DNA of 63,902 nt, filler included, from Chiloscyllium plagiosum (lineage: Eukaryota): the NCBI RefSeq assembly GCF_004010195.1. It is 4 parts of one record of this genome, joined end to end, with 100 filler letters (N's around TTAATTAATTAA, not from the genome) between each part and the next. Parts side by side here need not be neighbours in the genome. Positions count along the whole stretch, not along the records: positions 18,954 to 42,583 come from NC_057712.1; positions 42,684 to 57,110 come from NC_057712.1; 2 more parts are not named here. One strand, written 5' to 3'. The position numbers were made by a program, and so were the translations under genes. Every line of letters begins with the position of its first letter. The stretch's first letter is position 1. Under the pieces are notes generated by a model. That model had not been told where the DNA came from. It searched no databases and saw only the letters and a program-made list of their open reading frames with translations. Shown here piece by piece: positions 38,901 to 50,900 of this stretch.

Positions 38901-41900
38901 CTTTACCCTCATCCACCTGTTTGGTCACCTTCTCAAAGAACTCAATAAGGTTTGTGAGGCATGATCTATCCTTCACAAAACTGTGCTGACTATCCCTAAT
39001 TAAATTATTCCTTTCCTAATGATTATAAATACTATCTCTTATAATCCTTTCCAAAACCTTGCCCACAACTGAAGTAAGGCTCACTGGTCTATAATTTCCA
39101 GGGTTGTCTCTACTCCCCTTCTTGAACAAGGGAACAACATTTGCTAACCTCCTGTCTCTGGCACTATTCCTATGGACAATGGCGACATAAAGATCAAAGC
39201 CAAAGGCTCTGCAATCTTCTCCCTTGCTTCCCAGAGAATTCTAGGATAAATACCATCCAGCCCAGGGGTTTCATCTAATTTCACACTTTCCAGAATTGCT
39301 AACACCTCCCTCCTTATGTACATCAATCCCGTCAAGTCTAATAGCCTGTATCTCAGTATTCTCCTTGACAACATTGTCTTTTTCCTGTGTGAATACTGCT
39401 GAAAAATATTCAGTTAGCACCTCTCCTATCTCTTCGGACTTCATGCACAACTTCCCACTACTATCATTGTTTGGTCCTCATCTTACTCTCGGCATTCTTT
39501 TATTCCTGATATACCTATAGAATGCCTTAGGGTTTTCCTTGATCCTATCCGCCAATGACTTCTCATGTCTCCTCCTGGCTCTTATTAGCTCTCTCTTTAG
39601 GTCTTTCCTGGCTAACTTGTAAATCTAAAGTGCCCTAACTGAGCCTTCACATCTCATCTTTACATAAGCCTCCTTCTTCCTCTTAACAAGAGGTTCAACT
39701 CCTTTACTAAACCGCAGTTCCCTCGTTCAACCACTTCCTCCCTGCCTGACAGGTACATACTTATCAAGTATACGCAGTAGCTGTTCCTTGAATAAGCTCC
39801 ACATTTCAATTGTGCCCATCCCCTGCAGTTTCCTTTCCCATCCTATGCATCCTAAATCTCACCTAATTTCATCAGAATTGCCTTTCCCCAGCTGTAACTC
39901 TTTCCCTGCGGTATATACCTGTCCCTTTCCATCACCAAAGTAATTATAACCGAATTATGGTCACTATCAGGAGAAAGTGAGGACTGCAGATGCTGGAGAT
40001 CAGAGCTGAAAATGTGTTGCTGGAAAAGCGCAGCAGGTCAGGCAGTATCCAAGGATCAGGAGAATCGATGTTTCGGGCATGAGTCCTCCTTCAGGAATAT
40101 TTCCTGAAGAAGGGCTCATGCCCGAAATGTCGATTCTCCTGCTCCTTGGATGCTGCCTGACCTGCTGCACTTTTCCAGCAACACATTTTCAGCTATGGTC
40201 ACTATGCTCACCTACCTCAAAATCTAACAACTGGTCTGGTTCATTACCCAGTACCAAATCCAATGTGGCCTCGCCTCTTATTGGCTTATCTACATACTGT
40301 GTCAGGAAACCCTCCTGCACATATTGGACAAAAACTGACCCAACTAAAGTACTCAGACTATAATGTTTCCAGTCAATATTTGGAAACTTAAAGACCCCAA
40401 TAACAAATACGCTATTACTTTTGCTCCTATCCAAAATCACCTTTGCAATCCTTTCCTCTACATCTCTGGAACTTTTTGAAAGCCTATAGAAAACTCCTAA
40501 CAGGGTGACCTCTCCTTTCCTGTTTCTAACCTTAGCTCATACCACCTCAGTGGACGAGTCCTTTCTACCACCGTAATGCTGTCCTTGACTAACAATGCCA
40601 CACCTCTCCCTCTTTTACCACCTTCCCTGATCTTACTGAAACAGTTAACCCTCAGAACCTGCAATAACCATTCCTGCCCCTGCTCTATCTATGTCTTCAA
40701 AATGGCCACAACATCAAAGTCCCAGGTACCAACCCATGCTGCAAGTTCACCAACAGCTAAACACTAACAAAACACCTCTTCACAGCCAGCATACAAACAG
40801 CACTTTAACATCTTCTTCTTGTTGTCTTTCACGGTGAAAATGACCATGTTCATCATCTAGTGTTGTGGTGGGAGTGTAGGAGAGTTTCCATGCAGGCTGG
40901 AACCAGCACTGGACTGAAGGTTGCTTTGGGAGACTGGTTTTGAGTGATTAATGTCACACTATTGGGCTGCTTCATCCTTTCATTCAGTTTACCAACACGA
41001 CGGATGTTCCTGGGCTTGTTTCTCCACTGTGAACTGGCCTTGCTATCTAGCCCACTGAAACATCCTTCTCTGTAACCTCCATCCCATGAACCCCCCTCTC
41101 TCACACTGGGTCACTCACTCTACAGCTCCTGGCTCTCTGGTGAATGTATTTCACACATTAGCTACTTTCTCTGCAATGGCATCGCCAATTAAAAGTTCTA
41201 CCAATCTCTGATTGGCCAGCAACCCCTAACAGGTGGGATGTCCCACCCCTTGGAGCCTGATGGTGGAAAGGCTGTTGTTAGCCTGTAATTGCCTGATTGG
41301 GGTAGATCCGCCAATCTGAGCCAAAGGAACTAACGCAGATATCTATCCTGATCTCCAGTCAGTGGCTAAGACCTCTCCTGTCTTCATACATTTCCCCACA
41401 CTCAATAACACTCACGTCTATGCACACAAACTAACGTATTGACAAATACAGACCAACACAGACACCCACAAAAACTGACCTTACATCACACCCCAGACCC
41501 TCAAGTTATCAAATTATCTCCAGCAGGATAGTAAAATCACAATTAAATGTACTTGACAGCAACCTAGTAATGGTAGTTTTCATTGATAGTCAGTCAATGT
41601 GCGTATTACCTGATCTTTCTATAATTCATTATGAGATGTAGTAAAACAATTATTGTGTGAATATGTCATACAGTCTCAGCTGTCAAACATCAGACTGAAC
41701 CGTGAGTCACCTTATTCTCTTAGCAAGGAAAGGTCAGTATTTATACCTGTTGGATCCAACGTACACTCCAATTCCCTTGAATCTTCAGAAATCCGTGACT
41801 GTTCTAAAGTCTCATTTTTATCAGGCTTGCACACTCGATTAATGGATCGACATTTAGATTTTGTACTGCTTTGATAAGGCATTTCATGTTTCGATGGAAT

Positions 41901-44900
41901 GTCAAGGATCATATTTACAATGAACACCGGTGCCATTTTCTTCTTTGTGTGTTTTTCAAAGTCTTTGATTACCTGCAGGACATATATGAACCACAGATCT
42001 TTTAGCAGATTAGTGTCACGCAACATAATGCAGCACAGATGCATTATGGACAGATGAAATCTTGTGTTTGCCCAGGACATAAGTCATAGCTCAGGAACAG
42101 CAAATGTTCAGGTAAGATGTCACTTTAGTAAGATATTGACTTGGATGGGGTTAGACAATAGACAATAGACAATAGGTGCAGGAGTAGGCCATTCTGCCCT
42201 TCGAGCCTGCACCACCATTCAACATGATCATGGCTGATCATCCTTAATCAGTATCCTGTTCCTGCCTGATCTCCATAGCCCTTGATTCCACAATCCTTGA
42301 GAGCTCTATACAACTCTTTCTTAAATGAATCCAGAGACTGGGCCTCCACTGCCCTCTGGGGCAGAGCATTCCACACAGCCACCACTCTCTGGGTGAAAAC
42401 GTTTCTCCTCATCTCTGTCCTAAATGGTCTACCCCGTATTTTTAAGCTGTGTCCTCTGGTTCGGCACTCACCCTTTAATAATCCTTTAATAATCTTATAT
42501 GTCTCAATCAGATCCCCTCTCAGTCTTCTAAACTCAAGGGTACACAAGCCCAGTCGCTCCAGTCTTTCAGCGTAAGGTAGTCCNNNNNNNNNNNNNNNNN
42601 NNNNNNNNNNNNNNNNNNNNNNNNNNNTTAATTAATTAANNNNNNNNNNNNNNNNNNNNNNNNNNNNNNNNNNNNNNNNNNNNGAGGCACTCCACAAAGT
42701 CTCTTTCTTGAGGTCCAATACCATCCTGATTCTCCCAGTCTACCTGCATGTTGAAATCCCCCATAACAACTGTAGTAACATCTTTGCGACAGGCCAATTT
42801 TAGCTCCTGATTCAACTTACATCCGACATCCAGACTACTGTTTGGGGGCCTGTTGTATGATTAATAATTTGTGCAGTGAAATAAAGGTTTCTCAGAAAGG
42901 TTAAAGGCAACAAGTTATTTTTAAAATAGTGTTAAAAGAGATATTTCCACTCTAGAGGCAGTTCCGTGTGTCTCAAAATTTCCAGATCACTACCTAGCCT
43001 TGGGAGGAAGTGCCCAGGAAAACCCAATTTTTATTCTGAATGGATTGAATGGAGATCTACTGCACAGAAAACGACTGTTTGGCCCAACACATCTGTGCTG
43101 GTCACAAACAACTACCTAACTATTCAAGTCCCAATTGGGCCTCACATCCCTCGATACAGAGGAGATGTCCTCAGGAGTTGCCAAGCATCAATGTAGGCTG
43201 TTTATAAGACCCACCCTAGATCATCCAATACATATTGAAAGTCAGAAAGTGAGAATCAAAAAGAAACTGAATTTTGCCGGTTTTACCAAATCCACTGGTA
43301 GAGCAAAGTTAGTGTCCTTTTCTTTAGTGGAATTGGGCACCACTGCCAGGTGCCTATTGTAGCCATTCCTCGAAATTAGTTTCTTGCTTGGCTAGTTCAG
43401 AGGTTGTTTGAAAATCAAACACATGATTGTGGGTCTGGAGTCACATGTAGGTCAGACTAAGTAAGGATGGTACATTTCCTATCCTCGAGATATTCTAACC
43501 AACCTGTTCAGTGGTGTTATTACACATCTCTGGAGCAGGTGAGACTTGAACTTGTGTCTCCTGGTCTAGAGATAGTGACACTATCACTGCATCACAAGAG
43601 TTCTCCTCTACATTTCCCTTTCTAAAGGGCTTTAGTAAACCAGATCAACCTGCAACATTTGTCATAGTCACCGTTCCTGTGATGATCTTCATTTTCCAGA
43701 TTAATTAATCAAATTTAAACTCCATCAGCTATGATAGGATTTGAGTCATGGCCTAATAGAATTAATTTGGTCTTTCTAAATCTCTAACCCACTCAAAAGA
43801 AATATTCAGTAAGACTGGTGAATTATACATTCACTCTGGCTTGTCTTGTAAATTAATATAACGTCATCATCTCCTTCTCTGTATTTTTTTTTAAGTGGGG
43901 ATGCTATGTAATATTATTGCAAGATATGAGCTTTTTTTATATGGCCATCTCTCTTAGGGGTGTAGATAAAGTTAGTTCAAGAAATGGTTGCTGCAAAGGA
44001 GTGTAAATAAATCTTAGCGCAATACAGTATACAATAACCCGATAGTACTAACAAGAATCCAAGCCTATATATTCAAAACCTCAGAGAATGTGGGGTAGTC
44101 CAGTTTGCCATGACTTTTGCAGCTCCATGAAAACTAAAATAAAAACAGAAAAAGTCTTGGAGAGGCCTGGTGCAGAGGGGAGCAATGTGCTTTATTAATG
44201 GAAATTTCAGTGTTCCATAGTGTCCAAAAACAATCTTGGGGAGCTTCCACCTCGGGAGTACTAATTTACACAAAGGTAGCATTTATTAACAAATACAAAA
44301 GCAAACAGTACTCAGTCATTAACGTTATCCTCTAAGTATGTAAATCAGGATCGACTGTTCTACTGCAGTCAGAAGCTGTCCCCACCTCACAAAACAATTC
44401 TATTTGTGTTGAGAAGACAACTTGTGCAGCATTGCTTACCTGGTCTACATCCATTCCACTGGCAATGACGGACTGTTTTTCAATGGCGCCCAAGTCCTCG
44501 AGATTGCTAAGACCTTTAGAACCCTGCATGGCGCGCAGGCGCTTGCCCAGGTAGGCTCTTGTATGGGTTGGCAGTGTGCTGAAAGTAGAAGGTACCAATG
44601 ACTTAAAAATTAACAAAAACCATTTGAGTCAGGATTGTCACGAACAAGCTTTTAAGTATAAATCTAGTGAGAAGCCAGGTGTATTGGAGGTTACACTGAC
44701 AACTTTGGATAACTGATTTGCACAGTGGAACTATGAACGATCAGCAAGGTAAATAGGTGACTGATTGGATCTCAGATAAAAACCACAATGACTAAGGGCA
44801 GCATTGACAGCATCAGCAACAACACCAGGACATTCACAAACAGCATGAAGAGCAGAAGCAGGAGAACATCCAGGAGGAGCAACAAAAGCNNNNNNNNNNN

Positions 44901-47900
44901 NNNNNNNNNNNNNNNNNNNNNNNNNNNNNNNNNNNNNNNNNNNNNNNNNNNNNNNNNNNNNNNNNNNNNNNNNNNNNNNNNNNNNNNNNNNNNNNNNNNN
45001 NNNNNNNNNNNNNNNNNNNNNNNNNNNNNNNNNNNNNNNNNNNNNNNNNNNNNNNNNNNNNNNNNNNNNNNNNNNNNNNNNNNNNNNNNNNNNNNNNNNN
45101 NNNNNNNNNNNNNNNNNNNNNNNNNNNNNNNNNNNNNNNNNNNNNNNNNNNNNNNNNNNNNNNNNNNNNNNNNNNNNNNNNNNNNNNNNNNNNNNNNNNN
45201 NNNNNNNNNNNNNNNNNNNNNNNNNNNNNNNNNNNNNNNNNNNNNNNNNNNNNNNNNNNNNNNNNNNNNNNNNNNNNNNNNNNNNNNNNNNNNNNNNNNN
45301 NNNNNNNNNNNNNNNNNNNNNNNNNNNNNNNNNNNNNNNNNNNNNNNNNNNNNNNNNNNNNNNNNNNNNNNNNNNNNNNNNNNNNNNNNCAGGAACAGGA
45401 GCAGGAGTAATGAAAGAAAATTGCCTTTAATCTTTCAATAAATGCGCTGAATTTCAGATGATCAATCATGTTAAACAAATGAAATTTAGTGTATTAGAAT
45501 ACTAAGACTGAACACATTCAAACCTTTTTAACAAAGTGATACTTGGCCGACTTATCATTCAATTAAGTCAACCCTCAGGATAGCCTGAGCATTTATTGAA
45601 ACAGCTATGTTCCACAATCCTGTTACGAATGCTTGGCTGAGCCCCAGCCCACTAATGAATTCAGATTAGTGGATTTGTTTACACACCTGTGAAGCCAATT
45701 TTTAATTTTGGCTATTTTTAATTCATACATGAGATGCGGGTGTTGCTGGCTAGACCAACATTTAGTTTCCACTCCGAGTAGCCTTGAGAATTATTTTGTC
45801 CTGGATGATGTCAAACCTTTTGAATGCTGTTCGAGCTGCATTTAACCAGGCAAGTGAAGAGTATTCCCATCATACCCCTGACTTTTGTATTGTAGATGGT
45901 GGACAGGTATTGATGAGTTAGGAAGTGAGTTACCTACTATAAAATCCCTTGCCTCTGCCCTGAATAACAGTTCCATGAGCTTGTAATAAAGTTATTTTTT
46001 TTCTTAGAAATGGTTTTTAAATACTTGTGTGTCTGTTTTGAGAATATTTGATTGGACTGAGAATTAAAGCTTCTTTGTAGCAGTATGAATTAGACAGGCA
46101 TAGAGTCTCAGAGTCAGACAACTTAGAAACAAGCCCTTTGGCCCACCATGCCTATGCCAACCAACAGATGCCAACTAGATGAATCCCATTTACCTGCACT
46201 TGATCCATAGCCTACAATGTCCTGGCATTTTAAGTGCTCATCCAGATAATGTTTAAAATTGTAAACATTCCCACCTCAGGCAGCAAGTTTCACATTTCTA
46301 CCAGTCTCTTGATGAAAAAAAAAATTCTCTGATGTCTTCTAAACCGCTTACTCCTCACCTTAAACACATGCCCTCTGGTCTTCACATCTGCCAAATGGAA
46401 AAGATTCTCACGACCTACTCTGTCTCTGTCTTTCATTGCTTTGTATACCTCAATCAGATTCCACCCCCCAGCCTCCTCTGCTCCAACCTAACCAGTGTCT
46501 CCACATAACTGAGACTTTCCACCCCAGACAACAACCTGGTGAATCCCGTCTGCACCATCTCCAGTACATTCAAATCCTTCCAATAGTGTGGTGACTGGAA
46601 CTGAAAACGGTTTCCCTTTGGGGCCTACCCAAAGTTTTATAAAGTTATAACAAGCTCCTATATTCTATGTCCCCAGCTAATGAAGTCAAGCATCCCATAT
46701 GCCTTCTTCATCACCTTGTCTACCTGACCTAACACCTTCAGGGATCTGTAGACCTATGCACCAAGGTGCCTTTGTCCCTCAGCACTCCTTAGGATCCTAC
46801 CATTTATTGTGTAAATGCTTCACTTATTAGATATCCCAAAATGCATCACCTCTCACTTACCCAAATTAAATTCTATTTGTCATTGCTCTGCCCAATTTAC
46901 CAACTGACCAATAGTGCACTACCCTCATTAATATCTTTAGTCAGGCAGGATCACCCTCTATCACCCTGAAGAAGGGCTAATGCCCGAAACGTCGATTCTC
47001 CTGTTCCCTAGATGCTGCCTGACCTGCTGCGCTTTTCCAGCAACACATTTCCATCTCTGATCTCCAGCATCTGCAGACCTCACTTTCTCCACCCTCTATT
47101 AAATCCATGCTGCCTATCCTTAATCAACCTCTTCCTTTCCAAGTCTTGATTAATCCTTTCCCTTAGAATTTTTCCAATAATTTCCTTCCCACCTCATCAG
47201 ACCAACTGGTCAGCAATTACCTGGCCTATCCCTGATGCCCTTCTTGAACAGAGGAACGACATTAATTATCTTCCAGCCATTGGGCACTTCACCTGTGGCC
47301 AGGGAAGTATGAGGTATCTCTGCCAGGGCCCCAGCAATTTCCTCACTTGCCTCCCATAGCAGCCTGAAATATATCCCATCAAGGCCTGGGGATTTATGCT
47401 CCTTTATGCCCACTAAAATATCTAATATCTTCTCTTTATTCATCTTAACATGTTCTACAACATCCCAACTGAAATCCCCAGATGCAATGTCTTTCTCCTC
47501 TGTATGTGGAGGTGCCAGTTATTGACTGGGGTGGACAAGATCAGAAGTCACACGATGCCAGGCTATAGTCCAACAGGTTTAGCTGAAATCACAAGCTTTT
47601 GGAGCATTGCTCCTTCATCATGCCGATGAAGGAGCAGCGCTCTGAGAGCTTGTGATTTCAAATAAACCTGTTGAACTATAGCCTGGCATCGTGTGACTTT
47701 TGACATTTCTCCTCTGTGAATACAGATGAGAAGTATTCATTTCAGTCCTCACCCATGTCCACTGGCTCCACACACAAGTTGCCCCTTTGGTCTCTAGTAG
47801 GCCCTTTCCTTCCCTGGTGATCCTCATTCCTACTGTACCTATAAAATGGCTCGGCGTTTTCTTTAATCCTTTCTGCCCAAGATATTTCATGGCTCCTCTC

Positions 47901-50900
47901 TCCCCCCAGTTTCTCTTTTAAGCACACCCTACACTATCTATACTTTTGAAGGGCCTCTCCTGTTTTAATGCGCTATACCTAACATATGCTTCCTTTTTCT
48001 TTATCAAACTCTCAATATCCCTTGACACCCAGGATTCCCTGGATTTGCTGCCCTTCACTCTTTGAGGAAGATACTGGCCTTGAATTTTCATTATGCTACA
48101 TTTAAAAAACTCTCACTTTCCAAATAGACTTACATGCGAGTAGCTGCTCCTGGTCTGTATCTGCCAGATCCTGTCCAATGATATTGAAATTGGCTTTCCC
48201 CAATTTACTCACTTAACATCTGCATTGTCCTTCCCCTTTCCATAAGGACTGAAATGGACAGTGTTATGGTCAATATTCCCAAAATGCTCATCCGCTGACA
48301 CTTTAACTACTTCAATTGATGCATTTCATTGACAGCTTTATGAAGTGCTGGGAGAATTGTTTCCATGAAGTAGTTTTTGAATCAACATTTTCATTGTTGG
48401 ATGAACATTTCAGGGAAGTGTCAGAAGTGTTATAGGGTTTGGTGAATGCTGGAAGAATGTGGATAGAGGGTCATGAATAGATATGGATGTATGTTAGGAT
48501 ATGGGGAGATCGAAGGGGAATGAGATGTGTGGAATGGTAATGGGCGGTATAAAGGTTGTACAGGATGCATAGAAGGGGCAAGAGGGATATACATATATTG
48601 ACTATACCAGAAATGTTGAGAACTTGGTCGATATCTAATGAAGGTGGCCATTGTAAGATGCCAGACTCAGTATCCACCTGTTTACAATGTCACCTCAGGT
48701 CTGCTTCAAATGGAGGTAGGCCAGTTTCCAAACTATGCATGCTGCTTTGAGAGAAATAGAGGCAGGTTTATGGAAAATTTTCAACTCCTATTTGCTACCT
48801 CAAAGATGCAAATCTGAGCTGTTAACTTTGTTTCTGTCTCCATTGTTGCTGCCAGACCTGTTGAGTATTTTCAACATTTTGGTTTTAATTTCAGACTTCC
48901 ATCACCCTCAATATTTTGCTTTCGTATCATTAGTTCTCTGCTGCTGTTTCATATGAGCATACAATTTAGACCATTCCATCCATCAAGCCAGCTCTGCTGT
49001 TCAATAAGATCACAGCTGATTTGATTGTAATCTTAAATCCACATTCCCACTTACTCCTGATAACCTTTCACTCCCTTGCTTCACAAGAATCAAACTACTT
49101 CTGTCTTTAAAATACTCAAGGGCTCTACTTGAATAGACACTGCCACCTTTTCAGGGAGAGAGTTCCAAAGACTTATTGTCTTCTGAAAGAAAATATTTTG
49201 CCTAATTTCTGTTTTAGATGGGATAACATTGTTTTTTAAACTGCCATCAGTTGGGGAAGGGTAATTAGCCAGAACCCATGAGGGACCATATTTAACATTT
49301 CAGTTAAAGACAGACAATGATTCTCTCACTTGAAGGGGATTATTTTATGCCAAGTAATGGGCAAGCTGGCCTCCGTGATCTACTGCTACATAAGAAATGA
49401 ATCAATGGCATGCACATCATCCTGCAACACACTATTGCTATGTACCTGACTGAGCTAACCCTACATCTGCAATAATTAATACAACTGATGAATAGCTGAG
49501 AACCAGTTGTTTCCTGTGAGAATCACTTCGTTCCCTCCGTCTTTTCTCCCAGCCACATTTTTAAAGATTAGGCCATGGACTTCCTTTGGATTGCTCCAGC
49601 CATGTGGTTTGCAATTTTCTTCTGTGGTTAGGCTAGTCAATTCGGAGACTTTCACTCCCATCTTAGATATTGGAAGGATTTACAGTCTGTAATCAACCTG
49701 TTTGGCCCAGTTATGAACACAATTTCTTTGGCTAAGATATCCTGGTATACATTGTAAACCTGAAGCTTCCAATCCAAATTTAAGAATGCTACTGCTACAT
49801 CACAGGACCACATCCAATTTGAGTACAAAGCCATTAACCCAATTTTATGTTTACTAATAAGCTCAATACTCAGAACAGTAGAGACCAAGCTTTCACTCCT
49901 CACCTCAGCAATTCCTCATTCCTTCTCTCATCTGTTGAGGTCCTCATATATGAATCAGTCAAGGCATCCAATAATAGTTGAACAGCAGTTTTAACCAGGC
50001 GACAGACCAGCTCCTGGAACAGGTAGTCCACGAGCTTCAGGAACTTGAAGAATAGTGTAAGGAGTGGTCTGGACTCTATAATTTCAGTCAATACAGGCCT
50101 TTCAATGGAATCACCGGGGTCTGCTCGGAATACATTCCCAAATCCTTCCATTTTGGCTTTCTGCAGAGGAAGAATTAGTAAGAAGTACAAAGAATACATA
50201 TTAAAATTGCCTTTCCATTCATTTTTGGGGGAAATATGCCTTATTTTTCAAACTGAAGAAAGAAAAACCCCTTTGGATCTCTCATATAGTCATCTGAAGT
50301 TATTTAAATGTTTTGTTCTTTTCAAAAGAAACATTCATTTGAGAAAGAAAAAAAGCCCATGTACTCCTAAAGTGCCGTGATTGACAGGTTATCTAGTAGT
50401 GAAATAAAGGCTACCTGTTTGTTTCAGCTCCCCTGAGTCCATTATCAATGTTTAGTTGAGTTTCAAAAGATAGAAGCTCGAAGAACAACAGATCATATAT
50501 GAACACATGATTAAGGAACAGGAGTTGGCTATTTAACTCCTAGAATTGCCCCGTCAGTCAATAAAATCCTATTTGATATGATTGTACCCTCAAATCTGCA
50601 TTACCATCTGGTCTAAGGCCTCAGGATACAGAGTTGACCTTGAAGACTGTGATGTGAAGAAAGTTTTTGCACCCTGAGGAATTGACCCTGTGGAATTCTC
50701 TACCACCACCAGTGGAGGACAAGTCGCTGAATGTATTTAAGGAAGAAATATATTTCGAGATTTCTATGTCAAAGGATATCGGGGAAGCACACGGTAGAGG
50801 ATTAGTCATGTTCATGTTGAATGATGGAATGGGTTCAATAGGCCAAATGGCATATCCTTGCTCCTATTTCCGTGTATTTACGTAACAAAGTGTTTGCTGA

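Larger units (their letters stand above)
37810..40750 (-). mobile_element. CR1 LINE (APE through 3' end), decayed
   Basis: ORF fragments HLEYYMQFWSPHY, PGLDGIYPRILWE, LDLVLGNEPDQ..SDH. Confidence 0.9.
46100..48310 (-). mobile_element. Old CR1 LINE with nested PLE-derived inserts
   Basis: ORF 47210-47443 KSPGLDGIYFRLLWEA...VVPLFKKG..PGN. Confidence 0.8.

Noticed and set aside
44788..45478. 217-aa and 214-aa ORFs
   Set aside because: Produced by a 500-N gap inside low-complexity sequence.
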